Shown: positions 30,154-40,347, counted from the first letter of the stretch. The stretch is 62,341 nt of DNA from a virus (IMGVR_UViG_3300042382_000594); one strand, 5' to 3'. Program-made: numbers and translations. Notes: generated by a model not told the origin, from the letters alone.

Positions 30154-33100
30154 ATGGCAACTAATAATTCAGATACATCATTTTTAGATAATGCAAAAGA
30201 ATATGCAAGTAATGCATATAATCAAACAAAAGATGAATTTTCTCGCGTAAGTCAAAATAGCAAAGATAGAAATTGGATTGTTGAAAGAGAAAGTAAATTA
30301 AATAATTTAACTTTAAGTCAAAAAGAACAATTAAAATACATATCCAGCGCTGATGATGCAATGAAATTTGTTGAAGCAGCAACTGCTGGTGATAGACAAG
30401 GTGCAGAAAAATTATATAGCCAAGCATTAAAAGGTCAAGGAGGAGCAATAGCATCTTTTGCAGGAGATGTTGCTACTACTGCACTTGGAGGAGCAGCAGG
30501 TAAAGCTGCATTTAAAGCTGCTCCAAAATTGTTTAAGGGTGCTGCTGAAGTAATTGGCGAAAATATTCCTTCATTAAAAAAAGTAAGTAATGTATTTAAA
30601 AGTGCTGCAGATAAAGCAGACGAAGCATTATCTACAGAGCGGGCAGCAAGAGCAGCTGCCCGAGAACAACGCGCACAGGAATCTATTCAAAGAGCGCAAG
30701 CAGAACAGCAGCAAGCAAGAACTGCAACAAATTCCACTGCTACAGAAACTCCATTTAGAAGTAACACAACAAGAGCGACGGAAACTGTTCAAGAAACAAT
30801 AACTCCGCCGCCAGAACAAAGTATTTTTGGTAAAGTTGCAGATTGGACTAAAAATAAAATTGTTCAGGGCGCAGATTGGGCTGGCGGAAAGGTTGTCGAG
30901 GGAGCAAAATCTGTTGGTAGTGGAATTGCAAGTTTAGGTAAAACTACATTAAAAGGAGCAGGATTAGGTGCTGCTATTGGAATACCAGCAGGCGAATATT
31001 ATGAAAATTTATCTGACGAAGAAAAAACCAAATGGCAAGAAAAAGCTCAAAAGGGAGTAGATTGGGTTGATAATGCAATTGATCATCCAGGAGAAGCATG
31101 GGAAGATATAAAAAAAGGAGCAGGTAATTTATTAGGAGATGTAGCAGGTGGAGCATTAGGAGCAGCTGTTGGAAAGGGGTCAAATCCATTCAGGGGGATT
31201 AGTGCAGGGATGGGATCATTATTTACTGGCGGAGGTTCAGTTGGGTCAACATTTAATTCAATGCCCTCTGGCGGGGATTCTGGTAGAATCGGTGAAAGTC
31301 ATTTCGGTGGCGGAGACGTTCAAGGAAAATCTGCAATTGAAGTATTAAATAAAATTTATAATGTATTAGCAAAAACAAATGATACTATTAATTCAATATC
31401 TAGAGATGTTTCTTCGTTAACGCGATCACAATCACAACAAAATGCTACAAATGATTTAAATTCTGCAAATATGCAAGCTCGTCAGAATGAAATGGGATCT
31501 GCAACCCCCATTTATGGCGGAGGCGGGGGAGGTTTAGGCGGAGAAGAAGGAGGAATGGGTGAAGCAGATAAAGGTTTCTGGTCAAAACTATTGGGTAAAA
31601 TTAACCCTAAAGCTGCAGGCGCAGCTGCTGTTTCTGCGCTAAATCCAGCAAAAAAAGTTGGCTTACTCTCAAAAATAGGAAGAGGAATTTTAGGTGGCGC
31701 TAAAGCTGCGGGCAGCGCAGCTAAAGCTGTTGCTCCAACAGCAGCAAGAGTTGGCGGAGCAGTTGTTGGAGCTGAGTTATTAAATGGAGGAGATGATAAA
31801 GCAGCATATGCAAAAAACTTCTTTATGAATAAGGGGTATACAGAAGAACAAGCTGCAGGAATTGTTGGAAACTTACAAGGAGAATCAGGAAATTTTAACA
31901 AAGATGTAATATCAGGAGAAAGACGCGGAGATGGAGGCAAAGCAGTAGGGATAGCTCAATGGCACCCAGATCGCCAAGCTAAATTTAAAGAAATAATGCA
32001 TAAAGATTTAGTTGGAGCTTCTCTTGAAGATCAGTTGGAATTTGTAGATTGGGAATTAAATAATTCACATAAAAGCGCAGGAAACGACCTTCGAAAACAA
32101 ACTACTGCTGAAGGAGCTGCTAAATCTGTTGAAAGAAAATACGAAATAACTGCAGCAAGTATGCATGGAGGGCATTCTTCAGAAAGAGTAAGAAATGCCG
32201 AAAAACTTATGGGTAAAAGTTTACCTGATAAAAAAGAAACTTCTTCAGCAAAACCTGTAATAAAAGGAGTAGAACTTACTGGAGATAGAACAAGAAATCC
32301 ATATTTTATAGCTCCAGGAGAAGAGGAAAAATCTAGCCCGTATGATGTTCCTGCAGAAGACGAAGTAACGACAAAAACTGCTTCTTCATCAACTGTTACA
32401 GAACATGCAACAAGATATGCGCCAAAAAAAGATATGTCAAATGCTTCTCCAGATGAAATTAGAGAAGAGGAACTTGCACAACAAGCAGAAGAACTTGCTA
32501 AAAATCCAGGAAACCTAACAGTTGACGAAATAAATGCGAAAAATAGTGAAATAAGTAGAGAACGAAATAATATTGAATTTAATAGAATAAACAAAGAAAA
32601 CCCTTCCCCATACGTTGAAACTGTGGAAAATGTTACTACAGCAAACGAACACCATGTTTCTCCAAAAGAAACAATAGAAACGTCGCAATATACTACTACG
32701 ACTAATAAACATAGAGAAGTAACAACTGGAGGAGGAGTTACAACAAGAACTGCGGAAGAATATCAACCAACTGAGTTAGATAAAGCAGCAGAAGCACACG
32801 AAAAAGATCCAGTAAACAACCCAGATCCTTTGGCTAAATATCATACAACTCCAATTCCAGGAAAACCTGGATATTATATGAGGCATGGCAAAGAAGTAGG
32901 TCCAGGTGACATATTAGAAGGTCGAAAAGATACTGCATCTCCTGTAAAAAATACTGACACAGAAGAACAGGTTGCGGAAATTGACAGACAAAAAGCTACT
33001 CTAGAAAACGAAAGAAATGAAATTGGTCAATCTGGAGTTAATGTTGATAAAGAAACAATGGATAAACAACTAGATCGTTTATCTGATATTCACACAGAAA

Positions 33101-33324
33101 TGAGTTCATTAAACGAACAACGTAATAATTTAACAGGAAATCAAAATGGACAAACTTCACCTAAACCTGCAGCACCTCCACAACAGCAAGCTCAACAAAC
33201 TCCTCCTCCACCTGCTCCAGCAGGAACAGGAAAATCTGTTCCTGGGGTAAGAAACGATGATCCAACTATAAAAATGATGGAAGAAGGAAGTATGTGGAGT
33301 ACGCAAGGTGGATTAATGGCATAA
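30154..33324 (+). CDS. tape-measure-like baseplate hub protein with a phage tail lysozyme (Phage_lysozyme2-like) domain
   Basis: follows gp26/gp51; Ala/Gly-rich helical sequence; GYTEEQAAGIVGNLQGES...GIAQW...R...LEDQLEFVDWEL. Confidence 0.75.
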   Translation: MATNNSDTSFLDNAKEYASNAYNQTKDEFSRVSQNSKDRNWIVERESKLNNLTLSQKEQLKYISSADDAMKFVEAATAGDRQGAEKLYSQALKGQGGAIASFAGDVATTALGGAAGKAAFKAAPKLFKGAAEVIGENIPSLKKVSNVFKSAADKADEALSTERAARAAAREQRAQESIQRAQAEQQQARTATNSTATETPFRSNTTRATETVQETITPPPEQSIFGKVADWTKNKIVQGADWAGGKVVEGAKSVGSGIASLGKTTLKGAGLGAAIGIPAGEYYENLSDEEKTKWQEKAQKGVDWVDNAIDHPGEAWEDIKKGAGNLLGDVAGGALGAAVGKGSNPFRGISAGMGSLFTGGGSVGSTFNSMPSGGDSGRIGESHFGGGDVQGKSAIEVLNKIYNVLAKTNDTINSISRDVSSLTRSQSQQNATNDLNSANMQARQNEMGSATPIYGGGGGGLGGEEGGMGEADKGFWSKLLGKINPKAAGAAAVSALNPAKKVGLLSKIGRGILGGAKAAGSAAKAVAPTAARVGGAVVGAELLNGGDDKAAYAKNFFMNKGYTEEQAAGIVGNLQGESGNFNKDVISGERRGDGGKAVGIAQWHPDRQAKFKEIMHKDLVGASLEDQLEFVDWELNNSHKSAGNDLRKQTTAEGAAKSVERKYEITAASMHGGHSSERVRNAEKLMGKSLPDKKETSSAKPVIKGVELTGDRTRNPYFIAPGEEEKSSPYDVPAEDEVTTKTASSSTVTEHATRYAPKKDMSNASPDEIREEELAQQAEELAKNPGNLTVDEINAKNSEISRERNNIEFNRINKENPSPYVETVENVTTANEHHVSPKETIETSQYTTTTNKHREVTTGGGVTTRTAEEYQPTELDKAAEAHEKDPVNNPDPLAKYHTTPIPGKPGYYMRHGKEVGPGDILEGRKDTASPVKNTDTEEQVAEIDRQKATLENERNEIGQSGVNVDKETMDKQLDRLSDIHTEMSSLNEQRNNLTGNQNGQTSPKPAAPPQQQAQQTPPPPAPAGTGKSVPGVRNDDPTIKMMEEGSMWSTQGGLMA

Positions 33325-33326
33325 AA

Positions 33327-33348
33327 AAAGGGAGCCGAAGCTCCCTTT
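33327..33348. terminator. bidirectional intrinsic terminator
   Basis: aaagggagc-cgaa-gctcccttt between convergent genes. Confidence 0.85.
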
Positions 33349-33353
33349 CTTAT

Positions 33354-34283
33354 TTAATCATCACCTACAAGTTTAGAGAAATATGACATATCGTCATCTT
33401 CCTCGTCATCAATTACGGCTGCAGCAAATGAAGCAGTAGTTTTCTTTTCAACTACATTTTGTACAAATACTTCATCTTCAACCTCATCAAGAGATTTTGC
33501 TGTATAATCTTCAGCAGTTTTGTATTTTGATTGATTAGTTTGACCTAAAACTCTTTTTAACCTAGCATCTAAATCCGCATAAGATTTAAAGTTTTTAGGT
33601 TCCAATAATTCTTGTAAAGAATATTGTGATTTCCAAAGTTTTTCTAATTTATCATCATCTTCAAACAACGGACCTGCGCTATCAAATTCAGCTAAATCGT
33701 AATTTTGATAACCGTCAACTTTACGAATTTTTAATTTAAAGTTTGCGCCAGCCCAGAAATCAAATGGATCGATTGGTTTATCATCTTCAAACTGAGGATT
33801 CATAGCTTGAGTAATTTTTTCAAAAATTTTCTTACCATAAACATATTTAAATACTTTTCCTTCATGTTCAGGATGTTTTGTATCTTTAACAATATAAATG
33901 TTAGAGACATAATGCAATCGACGTTTTTGCTTACGTGCTTGCTCCTTGTTAGCCTCAATTCCTGATTCCCATAGTTCGCTATTATATTTTCCTAACGGAT
34001 CGTCAAGACCGATTGACGTTAAAGATTTCTCGATATACCAACCACCTGGACCTTGAAAGCCATGATCATAATATTTTGCCCATGGAAGACCATCTGATTC
34101 CGCATCTTTTGGAGATGTTGGAAGAAAGCGAATAACTGCATAACCATTACCAGATTTGTCTAACTCACATTTCCAGTATTCATCTGCATCGCTATTTTGA
34201 TTTCCGCCAGCCATTTGCTCAACAGCTTTAGCCATTTTTTCTAAGTTTGAGCCTGATGATTTTTTTAATTTAGAAAAGTCCAT
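33354..34283 (-). CDS. gp32: single-stranded DNA-binding protein
   Basis: MDFSKLKK; DKSGNGYAVIRFLP; HGFQGPGGWYIE; PFDFWAGANFKLKIRKVDGYQNYD; acidic tail. Confidence 0.97.
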   Translation of the reverse strand: MDFSKLKKSSGSNLEKMAKAVEQMAGGNQNSDADEYWKCELDKSGNGYAVIRFLPTSPKDAESDGLPWAKYYDHGFQGPGGWYIEKSLTSIGLDDPLGKYNSELWESGIEANKEQARKQKRRLHYVSNIYIVKDTKHPEHEGKVFKYVYGKKIFEKITQAMNPQFEDDKPIDPFDFWAGANFKLKIRKVDGYQNYDLAEFDSAGPLFEDDDKLEKLWKSQYSLQELLEPKNFKSYADLDARLKRVLGQTNQSKYKTAEDYTAKSLDEVEDEVFVQNVVEKKTTASFAAAVIDDEEDDDMSYFSKLVGDD

Positions 34284-34344
34284 ATATAAACACCTTATTA
34301 ACAATTAATTTAAACAATGTATTAACAACTTAACACAACTTATT

Positions 34345-34941
34345 TCACTCGGTAAATTCTTTAACTGTATTAATAAACGTCTTTTTGAATTTACTTTTAT
34401 CATACTCTAAAAACGACCTATATTTAAACAATTTAAGTTTAACTTTTGGCCAAACGAATTCATCTTTAATATTTACTTCCCATTTAGGTAGAAAATGTAA
34501 AAACTCATTCATAATTAATATAGTTTCCGGAGAAACTTCATTTCGTAATAACTTCGTTAACAATAACGGAAGGTCATCACTATTTGATTTGAATAACAAT
34601 TTATGATTTTCTTCACCAAAAATTGATATTAACTCGCCTTCAAATACATAAGATAATGATTGACATTTCGTATTAAACTTTACGAAATTTTCATATGCTT
34701 CCTGCGATAACAAGTCTTGAACCCATACGTTTTCGTTTTGCAAAAAATTAGCGATAAAGAATTTTTTAAGATCCTCATCGCTAAATTTCTTTGCAAGTTT
34801 TTCATACACATATTTATGTGAATTTTTATCAAACTGCGCAGGAGTATATTTTACTTTTCCTTTATACTTATTGAAATCATAATCTGTTGTAAAATGTAGT
34901 TTTAAGGCTCGATATAAGCAACAAGCTGTATATCCTGACAT
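34345..34941 (-). CDS. gp59: helicase loader
   Basis: YRALKLHFTTDYDFNKYKGK; VSPETILI; W..VKLKLFKYRSFL. Confidence 0.9.
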   Translation of the reverse strand: MSGYTACCLYRALKLHFTTDYDFNKYKGKVKYTPAQFDKNSHKYVYEKLAKKFSDEDLKKFFIANFLQNENVWVQDLLSQEAYENFVKFNTKCQSLSYVFEGELISIFGEENHKLLFKSNSDDLPLLLTKLLRNEVSPETILIMNEFLHFLPKWEVNIKDEFVWPKVKLKLFKYRSFLEYDKSKFKKTFINTVKEFTE

Positions 34942-34961
34942 TTTGTTTCACCTACTCAATA

Positions 34962-34990
34962 ATTATACTATACTACTTTTAAAAAGTCAA
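34962..34990 (-). promoter_or_regulatory. sigma70-type early promoter TTGACT-N17-TATAAT
   Basis: consensus boxes, 17-nt spacer, upstream of gp59. Confidence 0.8.
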
Positions 34991-35203
34991 GCGCGGAGAT
35001 GAATTTTTTATCAACCTCAGCCCAATAGCTTCTTCTTCCATTTTAGATTTAAGAGCTGGAGATATCAGCGATATAATCGAATCAACTTCCAATTCTTTTT
35101 CTGAGCAGTACGATACAATTGCATCCAGATACTCTAGTTTACTCGATTTTACTTTATCAAAAATAATATTCGAGAATTTATGCATTTCTTCAAAGTTTTC
35201 CAT
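34979..35203 (-). CDS. gp33: late transcription coactivator
   Basis: EYLDAIVSYCSEKELEVDSIISLISPALKSKMEEEA. Confidence 0.9.
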   Translation of the reverse strand: MENFEEMHKFSNIIFDKVKSSKLEYLDAIVSYCSEKELEVDSIISLISPALKSKMEEEAIGLRLIKNSSPRLTF

Positions 35204-35697
35204 TAAGCAATCTTCTTTGTATAAAAGTTAGTTTTACCTAGTTTTGACACTAGCTTGTAATTACCCTTTCCAAACCCTCGTCTGCAGTTAATACTTCTGA
35301 AGAACAATACATTTAAACCAAAGTCTGGAAGAGAAACCTTGTTGCTTAGAATATCATTAGATAATTCTAAACTATTTTTCCACTCAGCACTACCCCATTT
35401 AATTTTGGGTCGGGTACATACCCATGAAAATTGACAGACTTTTCTCCCTTTACGAGTAGTAATTTCATTAACTACTGAACATATTGTTTTGGGAAAATGT
35501 TTATCGGATTTTCGATTTAAGACAACTTTAGCTACACCTTTTTTACCAGATAGCGGTTCTCCTCTGGTTTCATGATAAATTACTTTAGCCAAGCACGTTT
35601 TTTCTGATTCGTCATATAACGATTCTGCGAAACTCGCTTTTGATATTATTATTAGAGTAATAGCAAGAATTATCGCCTTTTTCGCAATTGAATACAT
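35203..35697 (-). CDS. cell wall hydrolase, SleB/Hydrolase_2 family
   Basis: CLAKVIYHETRGEP; VVLNR; FPKTICSVV; CQFSW; N-terminal signal-anchor-like segment. Confidence 0.85.
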   Translation of the reverse strand: MYSIAKKAIILAITLIIISKASFAESLYDESEKTCLAKVIYHETRGEPLSGKKGVAKVVLNRKSDKHFPKTICSVVNEITTRKGRKVCQFSWVCTRPKIKWGSAEWKNSLELSNDILSNKVSLPDFGLNVLFFRSINCRRGFGKGNYKLVSKLGKTNFYTKKIA

Positions 35698-35827
35698 CTT
35701 TGTTTTTCTCCTTAAAAAGCATCCAATACAATCCCAGCAAATACTTTTAATTATGAAATTAGGACTTATCTTTTCCTGAAAAGCTACTAATTTTGTTAAA
35801 AAATTTCAAAACTTAATGATATAGGAG

Positions 35828-35835
35828 TATTTATA
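35828..35835 (-). promoter_or_regulatory. late promoter TATAAATA upstream of the SleB hydrolase
   Basis: exact consensus. Confidence 0.65.
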
Positions 35836-36187
35836 CCCTCCGATTATTAGGTTTATCGCATAAAATAGAAACTCCCAAATACCAAATCTCACTAAAGAAT
35901 TTATGTAATTTGGAATCTTTAACTGAATTTTTAAAGTTAGCATAATTTATTTGTTGAACTTCATTTAACAAAAATTCATTTAATTCTTCTACAGTCAAAT
36001 ATACCCTGTATCCATAATCTGAGTTAGGGTATTGAAAAACTTTTTTATTTGGAAACCCGTGCTGTAAATGTTTTATATCTCTAGCTCTAATAGCAAAAAC
36101 TTCATTTACAGCATTATCACCATCATTTATATATAATGGATTTACTTTAACAACACTAAAAAACCCATAATTTGTACATATCCACAT
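35831..36187 (-). CDS. conserved phage hypothetical protein
   Basis: MWICTNYGFFSVV...VRAR-like...DYGYR...YANFKNSV; has its own early promoter. Confidence 0.65.
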   Translation of the reverse strand: MWICTNYGFFSVVKVNPLYINDGDNAVNEVFAIRARDIKHLQHGFPNKKVFQYPNSDYGYRVYLTVEELNEFLLNEVQQINYANFKNSVKDSKLHKFFSEIWYLGVSILCDKPNNRRV

Positions 36188-36220
36188 AATTTAATTCCCA
36201 CTCAAAGTTAACATAAATTT

Positions 36221-36249
36221 ATTATACTACGAAGATTCTAGATTGTCAA
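36221..36249 (-). promoter_or_regulatory. sigma70-type early promoter TTGACA-N17-TATAAT
   Basis: perfect consensus. Confidence 0.85.
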
Positions 36250-36952
36250 GCAGTTTTTTATGTCTACGTTTAAAATTATTATGTAATTCTTCCCAGTTAC
36301 TTAATCCAGAGGATTTAAACGCCTTATGAACTTTATCTGGGTGCATACTTTTTAATGAGTTAACAACATGTTCTCGAACTCCAGGATGTTCCATTGCTTT
36401 ATTAAAGAACTTAGCTCCCTCTGACATACTAGGGTTTTTCAAAGAATCTTTTTCTGCTATATCATGTCCATAATCTTTATGTCCGCCCTGTGCTCTAAAA
36501 TTAAAAGATCCGCCTTGGTCTGTTGAAACAAGATGACCTTTGTTTTTATCTAAGGAAACGTTTCCTTGCCCGTGTTCTATACCAGTTCCCATCGCATCCC
36601 AATTTTTAGTAAGAACACCAGCAGCATAGATTTTACCTAATTGTTTATGATGTTCATCAGTTAAATGCGGAATATGTTTAGAAGTAACTGGTTCAAGATT
36701 ATGATTAAATTCTGTTGATACTGAAGTTTTATTACGTTCAACACTAACTAATTTAGGTTTAAGTGTGTGAATTCCCATTAATTCATGAAGTTTAGAAGAT
36801 AGAACTTCTGTTTTTGCTTGATCTGGATTATCTGGATGTTTAATATAATGTTCAGTATTTTTTTCGGTATCTTTATAGGTGCCACCTGGATTTGACCCTT
36901 TTTGTCCAGATACTTTAATCAACTCTTCTTTTAATTGTTTAAACGTTTTCAT
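36227..36952 (-). CDS. His-rich protein-kinase-like (PI3/PI4K/HipA-like) protein with a capsid-targeting-like N-terminus
   Basis: GQKGSNPGG loop, YIK Lys, TEVL Glu, NWD...GN, DQGG; starts MKTFKQLKEE. Confidence 0.6.
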   Translation of the reverse strand: MKTFKQLKEELIKVSGQKGSNPGGTYKDTEKNTEHYIKHPDNPDQAKTEVLSSKLHELMGIHTLKPKLVSVERNKTSVSTEFNHNLEPVTSKHIPHLTDEHHKQLGKIYAAGVLTKNWDAMGTGIEHGQGNVSLDKNKGHLVSTDQGGSFNFRAQGGHKDYGHDIAEKDSLKNPSMSEGAKFFNKAMEHPGVREHVVNSLKSMHPDKVHKAFKSSGLSNWEELHNNFKRRHKKLLDNLESS

Positions 36953-36953
36953 A

Positions 36954-37823
36954 TTAGCCTTTTACTATTTCCGATTCAGGAACTCTTTTAACGTGATGAA
37001 CATGAATTATGTTATCATAATTATCGCTATATTTGTCAGTTCCCATATGTTCAATATGATGTCTTGAAGCAGTAGTTTCTGTTCTGGGAATTAATACTTC
37101 GTGTTCATGAGAATATTCGCTATGCTTACCAACAACGCCAACTGGATCGTGTTCATTGTGATGCCAATGCAATATATGAACATCTTTGGATCTATTTCGA
37201 TTAGCAGCAGTTTGAGAAAAAGAAACAGCGACATTTTTATCGATAGAAGAAGATAGATAAGTCGGTTGATGATAAACTGAATTACCTTGTTTACTTTTTC
37301 CAGCTGGCTCTGCGTTTTTAATATTAAAACCAACACCAGAATAGGTATCGAATTTATGTTTAGCTGGTACGAACCCATGTCTATCTAAATTATGAACAAA
37401 ATGTTCGTGTTCTAATGGAACGCCTTCTGTATGATGTCGAATCAAATCGCTAGTTATTCCGCTAGAACCTTCGGTAAACCTTTTTAACTGTGTTTTACCT
37501 TCGGTTGAGTGCGGATGAGTTTCGTGTAAATTATCCATATGATCATCCATACCTTTATTAAATTTGATGCGATCATCAGCAGATTTAATTTTAGGTAAAA
37601 AATGCTCTTCAAAACTAGGATGCTCAGTATTTTCTTTTAGTTTTGTTGGTTTACTTGCATGAGATCCATGACTATTAGAAATTATTTCATATTCTTTTGG
37701 TTTGTCATGATATGGCGTTTTAGTATGTTTATCTATAGAAGCATGAGTTCCATGACTATTGGAAATTATTTCGTATTCTTTTGGTTTTTCTGATTCAAAA
37801 ATAAATTGTTTAAAAGTTTTCAT
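36954..37823 (-). CDS. His-rich ADP-ribosyltransferase-fold protein (Alt/ModA/VIP2-like) with a capsid-targeting-like N-terminus
   Basis: TYSG (for YRG), YLSSS, HEHEVLIPR (ExE); starts MKTFKQFIFE. Confidence 0.7.
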   Translation of the reverse strand: MKTFKQFIFESEKPKEYEIISNSHGTHASIDKHTKTPYHDKPKEYEIISNSHGSHASKPTKLKENTEHPSFEEHFLPKIKSADDRIKFNKGMDDHMDNLHETHPHSTEGKTQLKRFTEGSSGITSDLIRHHTEGVPLEHEHFVHNLDRHGFVPAKHKFDTYSGVGFNIKNAEPAGKSKQGNSVYHQPTYLSSSIDKNVAVSFSQTAANRNRSKDVHILHWHHNEHDPVGVVGKHSEYSHEHEVLIPRTETTASRHHIEHMGTDKYSDNYDNIIHVHHVKRVPESEIVKG

Positions 37824-37846
37824 ATTAATCCTTAATAAATGTGTAT

Positions 37847-38497
37847 CTAATATTTATTTAAATATAACTTTTTTCGCTCAACTAATGGCTTAATATAAGG
37901 TCTAATTTCCTTGACAAAAACTTGGGGTTTTCGATCTTCAACCGCAATTATTGTTACGATCTGTTTAATTTTATTGCCAGTCATTTCCTGATAAGCTAAA
38001 GCGTAAAAACACTCCTGTAAAAAGTAGTCAAAAATCCACTCTTCTTTTTTCTCCCTACGGGAATTCTTAAAATCAATTACAGATAATAATCCATCAAACT
38101 CAGCAATACAATCAACAGTTCCAGCAATTTTTAATTTATCGCTGTACAGAGTTGCTTCTTGGCAATGAATGTTATTAATTCTATGTAGAACTGGTTTAAG
38201 CGAATAAAACATTTCCAATGCATCAGGCATTTTACAAGAAAGAGGTCTATTGTTAAGATAATCTTCGCACATTAGGTGAAGATTAGTACCTCTTTTGGAT
38301 GAATTGGCGGAAATACGATCAGCTTCGTTATCTCCAACGCGTTTCCGCCATTCATTAAGATGAGTTTTATCAGCAGTGGAACCTAAGACATTGGTAATAG
38401 ATGGATAACATTTATGACCTATTTGATAGTGTCGACTACCATTTATATCAACTCTTGGGTATTCCGTTAATTCAATATTAACATGACAAAAATTCAT
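37847..38497 (-). CDS. PD-(D/E)XK exonuclease (Cas4-like phage family)
   Basis: YPSITNVLG; RGTNLHLMCEDYL; AGTVDCIAE..SVIDFKNS; YFLQ. Confidence 0.9.
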   Translation of the reverse strand: MNFCHVNIELTEYPRVDINGSRHYQIGHKCYPSITNVLGSTADKTHLNEWRKRVGDNEADRISANSSKRGTNLHLMCEDYLNNRPLSCKMPDALEMFYSLKPVLHRINNIHCQEATLYSDKLKIAGTVDCIAEFDGLLSVIDFKNSRREKKEEWIFDYFLQECFYALAYQEMTGNKIKQIVTIIAVEDRKPQVFVKEIRPYIKPLVERKKLYLNKY

Positions 38498-38504
38498 TTT
38501 ATTC

Positions 38505-39209
38505 CTATAATTTTAATCGTTCTTTAACCATTAAGTAATGCTTAACCAGACCGGATCTCACACAATCATCCATCGTGAATTCAACTAAACCAAACTCTTC
38601 TAATTCCTCCATGATTCGTAAAAAGTCTTTCATACCGCTAGATTCTTTTCTTTCATTTAGGTCACATTGTCTAATGTCACCCGCGAAGATAATTTTCGTA
38701 CCCTCACCTATACGAGTAAAGATAGTGTTAAGTTCAGAGAAAGTCATATTCTCCATTTCATCTACGAAAATTAAACAATTAGCATATGTTAAACCTCTCA
38801 AAAAAGATGTTGATTCAAATTCGATAATATCTTTTTGTTTCATAATATCATAAGCATCAGCTCGACCAAATAATTCGTTAATTATTGACCGATATGGAGC
38901 TTCATAAACAGATATTTTTTCTCGTTCAGTTCCAGGAAGAAATCCTAAATCCCTAGTTGCAACAGCAGATCGCAGGATTACGATTTTACTAAATGCCGCT
39001 TCATCAAGCATTTCTTTTAGACCTAGATATAAACTTAAAAAACTTTTTCCAGAACCAGCACTACCATACACGACTAGGTTCTTTCCTTCATCATACAAAT
39101 CAAACACTTTCTTTTGGTTTTCTGTCATTGGATAGATTTTTTTTAATTCAAAATGCAATGCAGAAACTCTATTTGCTGATTTTTTAGATCTGTTTTTAGG
39201 TTTTAACAT
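38505..39209 (-). CDS. phoH: PhoH family ATPase
   Basis: GSAGSGKS Walker A; LGFLPG; FLRGLT; VDEMEN; GDIRQCD; RSGLV. Confidence 0.95.
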   Translation of the reverse strand: MLKPKNRSKKSANRVSALHFELKKIYPMTENQKKVFDLYDEGKNLVVYGSAGSGKSFLSLYLGLKEMLDEAAFSKIVILRSAVATRDLGFLPGTEREKISVYEAPYRSIINELFGRADAYDIMKQKDIIEFESTSFLRGLTYANCLIFVDEMENMTFSELNTIFTRIGEGTKIIFAGDIRQCDLNERKESSGMKDFLRIMEELEEFGLVEFTMDDCVRSGLVKHYLMVKERLKL

Positions 39210-39357
39210 AAATTCCTTTTATGGTTGATTTAAAGTGAAAAACCCGCTTACCGATTATTAGTCGATTCGCGGGTCTTTTTTACTACTATAAGAACATCTC
39301 AATATTCTGGTGTAATATAATTATCATATTTTTAATATTAAATTTATTAATTAAATC

Positions 39358-39369
39358 TATTTATAAATA
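39358..39369. promoter_or_regulatory. palindromic TATTTATAAATA: overlapping divergent late promoters (phoH - / HNH gene +)
   Basis: TATAAATA on both strands. Confidence 0.7.
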
Positions 39370-39438
39370 AGTGTAGATCGCGGAACCCTCATTCCCATCT
39401 ACCCTAAACATTCCTTACAATATTCATGGAGAACATTA

Positions 39439-40344
39439 ATGTCCAGCACAAATACTTATATTAATCTAATTAAACAATTATCGTATAATAACAAATATAC
39501 AAAATGGTATTGTTCAATAATAGAAAATTCGTTACTACGAGCAACATCAAGAAAAACTGCAAATATAATATTGGGTTATTCTGAAGAACACCATATAATA
39601 CCTAAATGTTTTTTCTCTAAACAAGATGCATTATTCAATACAAACCCAAATATAAAAGAAAATAAAACATTTTTATCGACAAAAGAACATTTTCTTTGTC
39701 ATTGGCTATTAACTAAAATGTTAATAAATCAAAAACAATGCAATAAAATGAAATACGCATTTGCCGCGTTTCAATTAAATTCAAAAGGAAATAGAATTTT
39801 AACTTCTGCTCAATATAATCGAGTAAGGCGCGAAAACGCGTTAATAGTTAAAAATAAAGTAGAACAAGGTTTACATTATTTTCAATCAGAAGAATCTAAA
39901 ACCGCAACTAAAGTTTGGATAAAAGAAAAACTTGAAGCTAAAGAACACCATATGCAGCAACAGGAATATAAAGATTTGCATAGAGATAGAAATTTAAAAT
40001 TATCTGAACAAGGGTTACACCCTTTTCAAGATGATTCTTTTATAAAATGTAACGCAGAAAGAACTTCAAAAAGAAATAAAAAATTAGTTGAAGACAATAA
40101 CCACATTTTTCAAAATAAAGAAATAAAGAAAAAAGCATTAACTAATACACTAAAAACTAATAAAAAATTAGTCGAAAATGGATTACATTATTTCCAATCA
40201 GAAGAAAGCAAAAGATTAAGATTAGAAAGAAACAAAAACGATAATCCATCGCATAAAATGTTTCTTTCTATTATATCTTCTAGAAAAACATACTCTAAAG
40301 GGCATCTTTCTACATGGTTTCCTGAATTTAAAAAATATTATTAA
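39439..40344 (+). mobile_element. free-standing HNH-type homing endonuclease gene
   Basis: EEHHIIPK...N...LSTKEHFLCHWLL; repeated GLH(Y/P)FQ units; antisense between the FmdB-like gene and phoH. Confidence 0.75.
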
Positions 40345-40347
40345 TAT

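Noticed and set aside
37847-38497. Cas4-like nuclease as part of a CRISPR system
   Set aside because: It is the conserved phage exonuclease next to phoH; there are no cas genes or arrays.
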